DNA of 64,000 bases. Source: Fimicolochytrium jonesii. Taxonomy: Eukaryota. Numbering within the stretch: position 1 is the stretch's first letter; each line of letters begins with the position of its first letter. The DNA is taken from positions 1-64,000 of the forward strand of contig NW_026515670.1 of the NCBI RefSeq assembly GCF_025526975.1, read 5' to 3'. The position numbers were made by a program, and so were the translations under genes. The notes beneath the pieces were generated by a model that was not told the origin of the DNA, did not search any database, and worked only from the letters and a program-made list of their open reading frames with translations. Shown in pieces: positions 61,957-64,000 of the stretch.

Positions 61957-64000
61957 TCATTGGGTCTCCTTGATCTCCTCCAAGATGTTCCTGTATGCCG
62001 AACGAGAGAGAGAGAGAGAGCGAAAAATGAGAAGGGGCGTTCCAATATCCGATCCCACCCAGATAGCAAATGCAGGACACTTACAAAGGGATCATTCCAA
62101 CCTTTCCTCTGTTCAAATTGCTCACCATCGCCCACCCATCGGCAAAGATCCGTTTCTCTTGCACGATATCGCCAGGACTCGCCTCAATCTCATCGGGTTG
62201 CGAGGGGGTCGAGTTCCAGAGAACCTTGTACCTTTTATGTGTCGATGCCGGAGACGCCGGGACGGGAGAGTCCGCATCGCCGGTGTTATCACCACCGGGG
62301 TGGGACGCGAACGCCGAGTTGAGGGCGGCGCCAGTGAGCGGAGAGTGGGCGCGGCGGCGAGAGTCGGAACGGTGTGGGGTGGCCGGCTGGTTCCTCACGG
62401 ATCCCGGGGCAGAGCTGCGGGAGGCGGAAGCGCCTGCGGCAACCTGGTCGTTCTTTCCTTTTGCCAGAGGTACGGCGCGGTTTTCGAAATCGTTCAGGAG
62501 ATCTTTGTTCTGATCAAAGGAGTGGTCTTTGCGGTGGCTGGAGGCGGCTGCTGCTCCGGCTCCGGCGGTAGACGATCCGCCGGGGGTGTGCGCTTTGCCC
62601 TGTGCCACCTTGTTCTCGAATTGCGAGTTCAAGCTGTTGTCCTTCTGGCCGGGATGTTGCTGATTGCTGTAGTGAGCCAAGGCCGCACCCGTCGCCGCAC
62701 CACCGGCGGTTGCAGTAGCCGCTCGGGAAGATGGACTATCACTTGCTGGAGCCGACCTCTGGATCATCTGCTCGCTGGAGGTGTCACGGTATCCGTTGTG
62801 CCCAGTTGCGTGATGGCGGTGTCCATCCTTGTCATAGTACCCACTGGACCTTCGTTTCAATTCACGTCGACGCACCGCCCACGCACCAAGAAGGCAGCAC
62901 AAAGCACTGCCGCCAATGATGGAGAAGGCCAGAGCGCCAAGAGCCTTGCTTTGGTAGTCCGCGCGGGCGGCGCGGGGGTCTTGCGTGTTTTGAGTTTGAA
63001 CGGAAACGGTGGAGGCGGAGGTAACGGTGCTCGGGTCTGACGAGCCGCCGGTGCCAGCAACAAATGGAAGAGGGACTGGGACGTTGTTGTTGCCAGAGTC
63101 GGAGCCGGTTTGCGCTGCTGCAGTCGGTGAAGATTCAGCTGGTGCTGCAGACGATGCGGCGCCGCCGCTGCCAGCAACAACTGGAAGAGGGACAACAGCG
63201 TTGTTGCCAGAGTCGGAGCCGGTTTGCGCTGCTGCAGTAGGTGAGGATTCAGCGGGCGCTGAAGAGGTTTCGACAGTGGCGGCAGGTGATGATGAGGGTG
63301 CAACAGCTGGAGCAGCTGGAGTAGCAGAGCTTGCAACAGCCGCGGCGGCGGCAGAGGTGGAGGGCGCCGAGACAGCCGCAGAAGACGCGGGCGAGGCCGC
63401 ATTAGCGGCCTGCAACAAGTTCCCGAGCGATGAAGTACTGGGCGCCCATCCGCTGCCACCCGAAGCGGCGCTGTTGAAGAAGTTGACGACAGGGTTGGTG
63501 GCACCTTGACCGCCGGCGATGCCTACGAACTTGTCGGCGATGTTTGCAATTTGAGCACCGGCGCGGTTACCGGGCGATGCGGTGGAGCTTTGCCGGCGGT
63601 GGATGGAATTGCGACTAAGAAGACGCGCTGGGCGGGTTGAGCGACGAGATGGGGAGGTGTTGGAGGAAGATGTGACCTTGAGAGTTGTGTTGCTGAGAAG
63701 GTAGATGTCTGGACGGCATGAGGCATTATTAGTGAGAGCCTTCCGAGTAATCCTAATATAGGAATCGCATATATAGAGTGGCTGCGAGACTGTGACAAGC
63801 AATACGCACCACCATGCTCCTGCCCTTGGTCGTCCACCCCACCAAATAACGCAATTTGGCTTCCAACTTTGACGCAGCTTCTTCCCCTCCTCGCCAGATT
63901 CACACCACTGATGGAAGAAGTCACTTCAGCCCAGTTGTTGGAAATGGTAGAGTAAACCCAGGCGTCGTTGAGGAGTTTGTTGCTATCTCCGACGCCGCCA
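61957..64000 (-). CDS. Kelch-repeat, Ser/Ala-rich stalk, TM and C-terminal SH3 protein (5' part outside the window)
   Basis: IALFGG Kelch blade, a 39-aa duplicated stalk segment, TM ALGALAFSIIGGSALCCLLGAWAV followed by RRR, and SH3 YKVLWNSTPSQPDEIEASPGDIV...DGWA...GMIPLN. The last exon follows an intron at ~62083-61991. Confidence 0.82.

Overview
Gene-dense, GC-rich eukaryotic DNA with short GT-AG introns and CTRAC-type branch sites. It is most consistent with an early-diverging, chytrid-like fungus (inference from TTAGGG repeats, a Flightless-I-like gelsolin, ZW10 and BLCAP). The first ~1.8 kb is an unusual cassette: a PD-(D/E)XK nuclease-like ORF with no clear start, bracketed by telomere-type tracts in chromosome-like orientation ((TAACCC)7 left, (TTAGGG)~4.5 right), plus an inverted copy of its own 3' coding sequence. 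Next come an intron-containing ArsJ-like (bacterial-type organoarsenical efflux) MFS gene, a multi-TM protein, two BTB/POZ genes and a Kelch-mucin-TM gene. The rest is largely housekeeping: Flightless-I-like, ZW10, a secreted GPI-like protein, ABM, USP, Syp1/FCHo, PHB1, MSH6, BLCAP, BUD31, FMO, NSA2, a Kelch-TM-SH3 gene and two identical tRNA-Ala(CGC) genes. Other points of note are a branched fold-back element in a long PHB1 intron and two 5'-truncated gene remnants joined head to head near 36.9 kb. All protein assignments come from motif recognition by eye; no searches were run.
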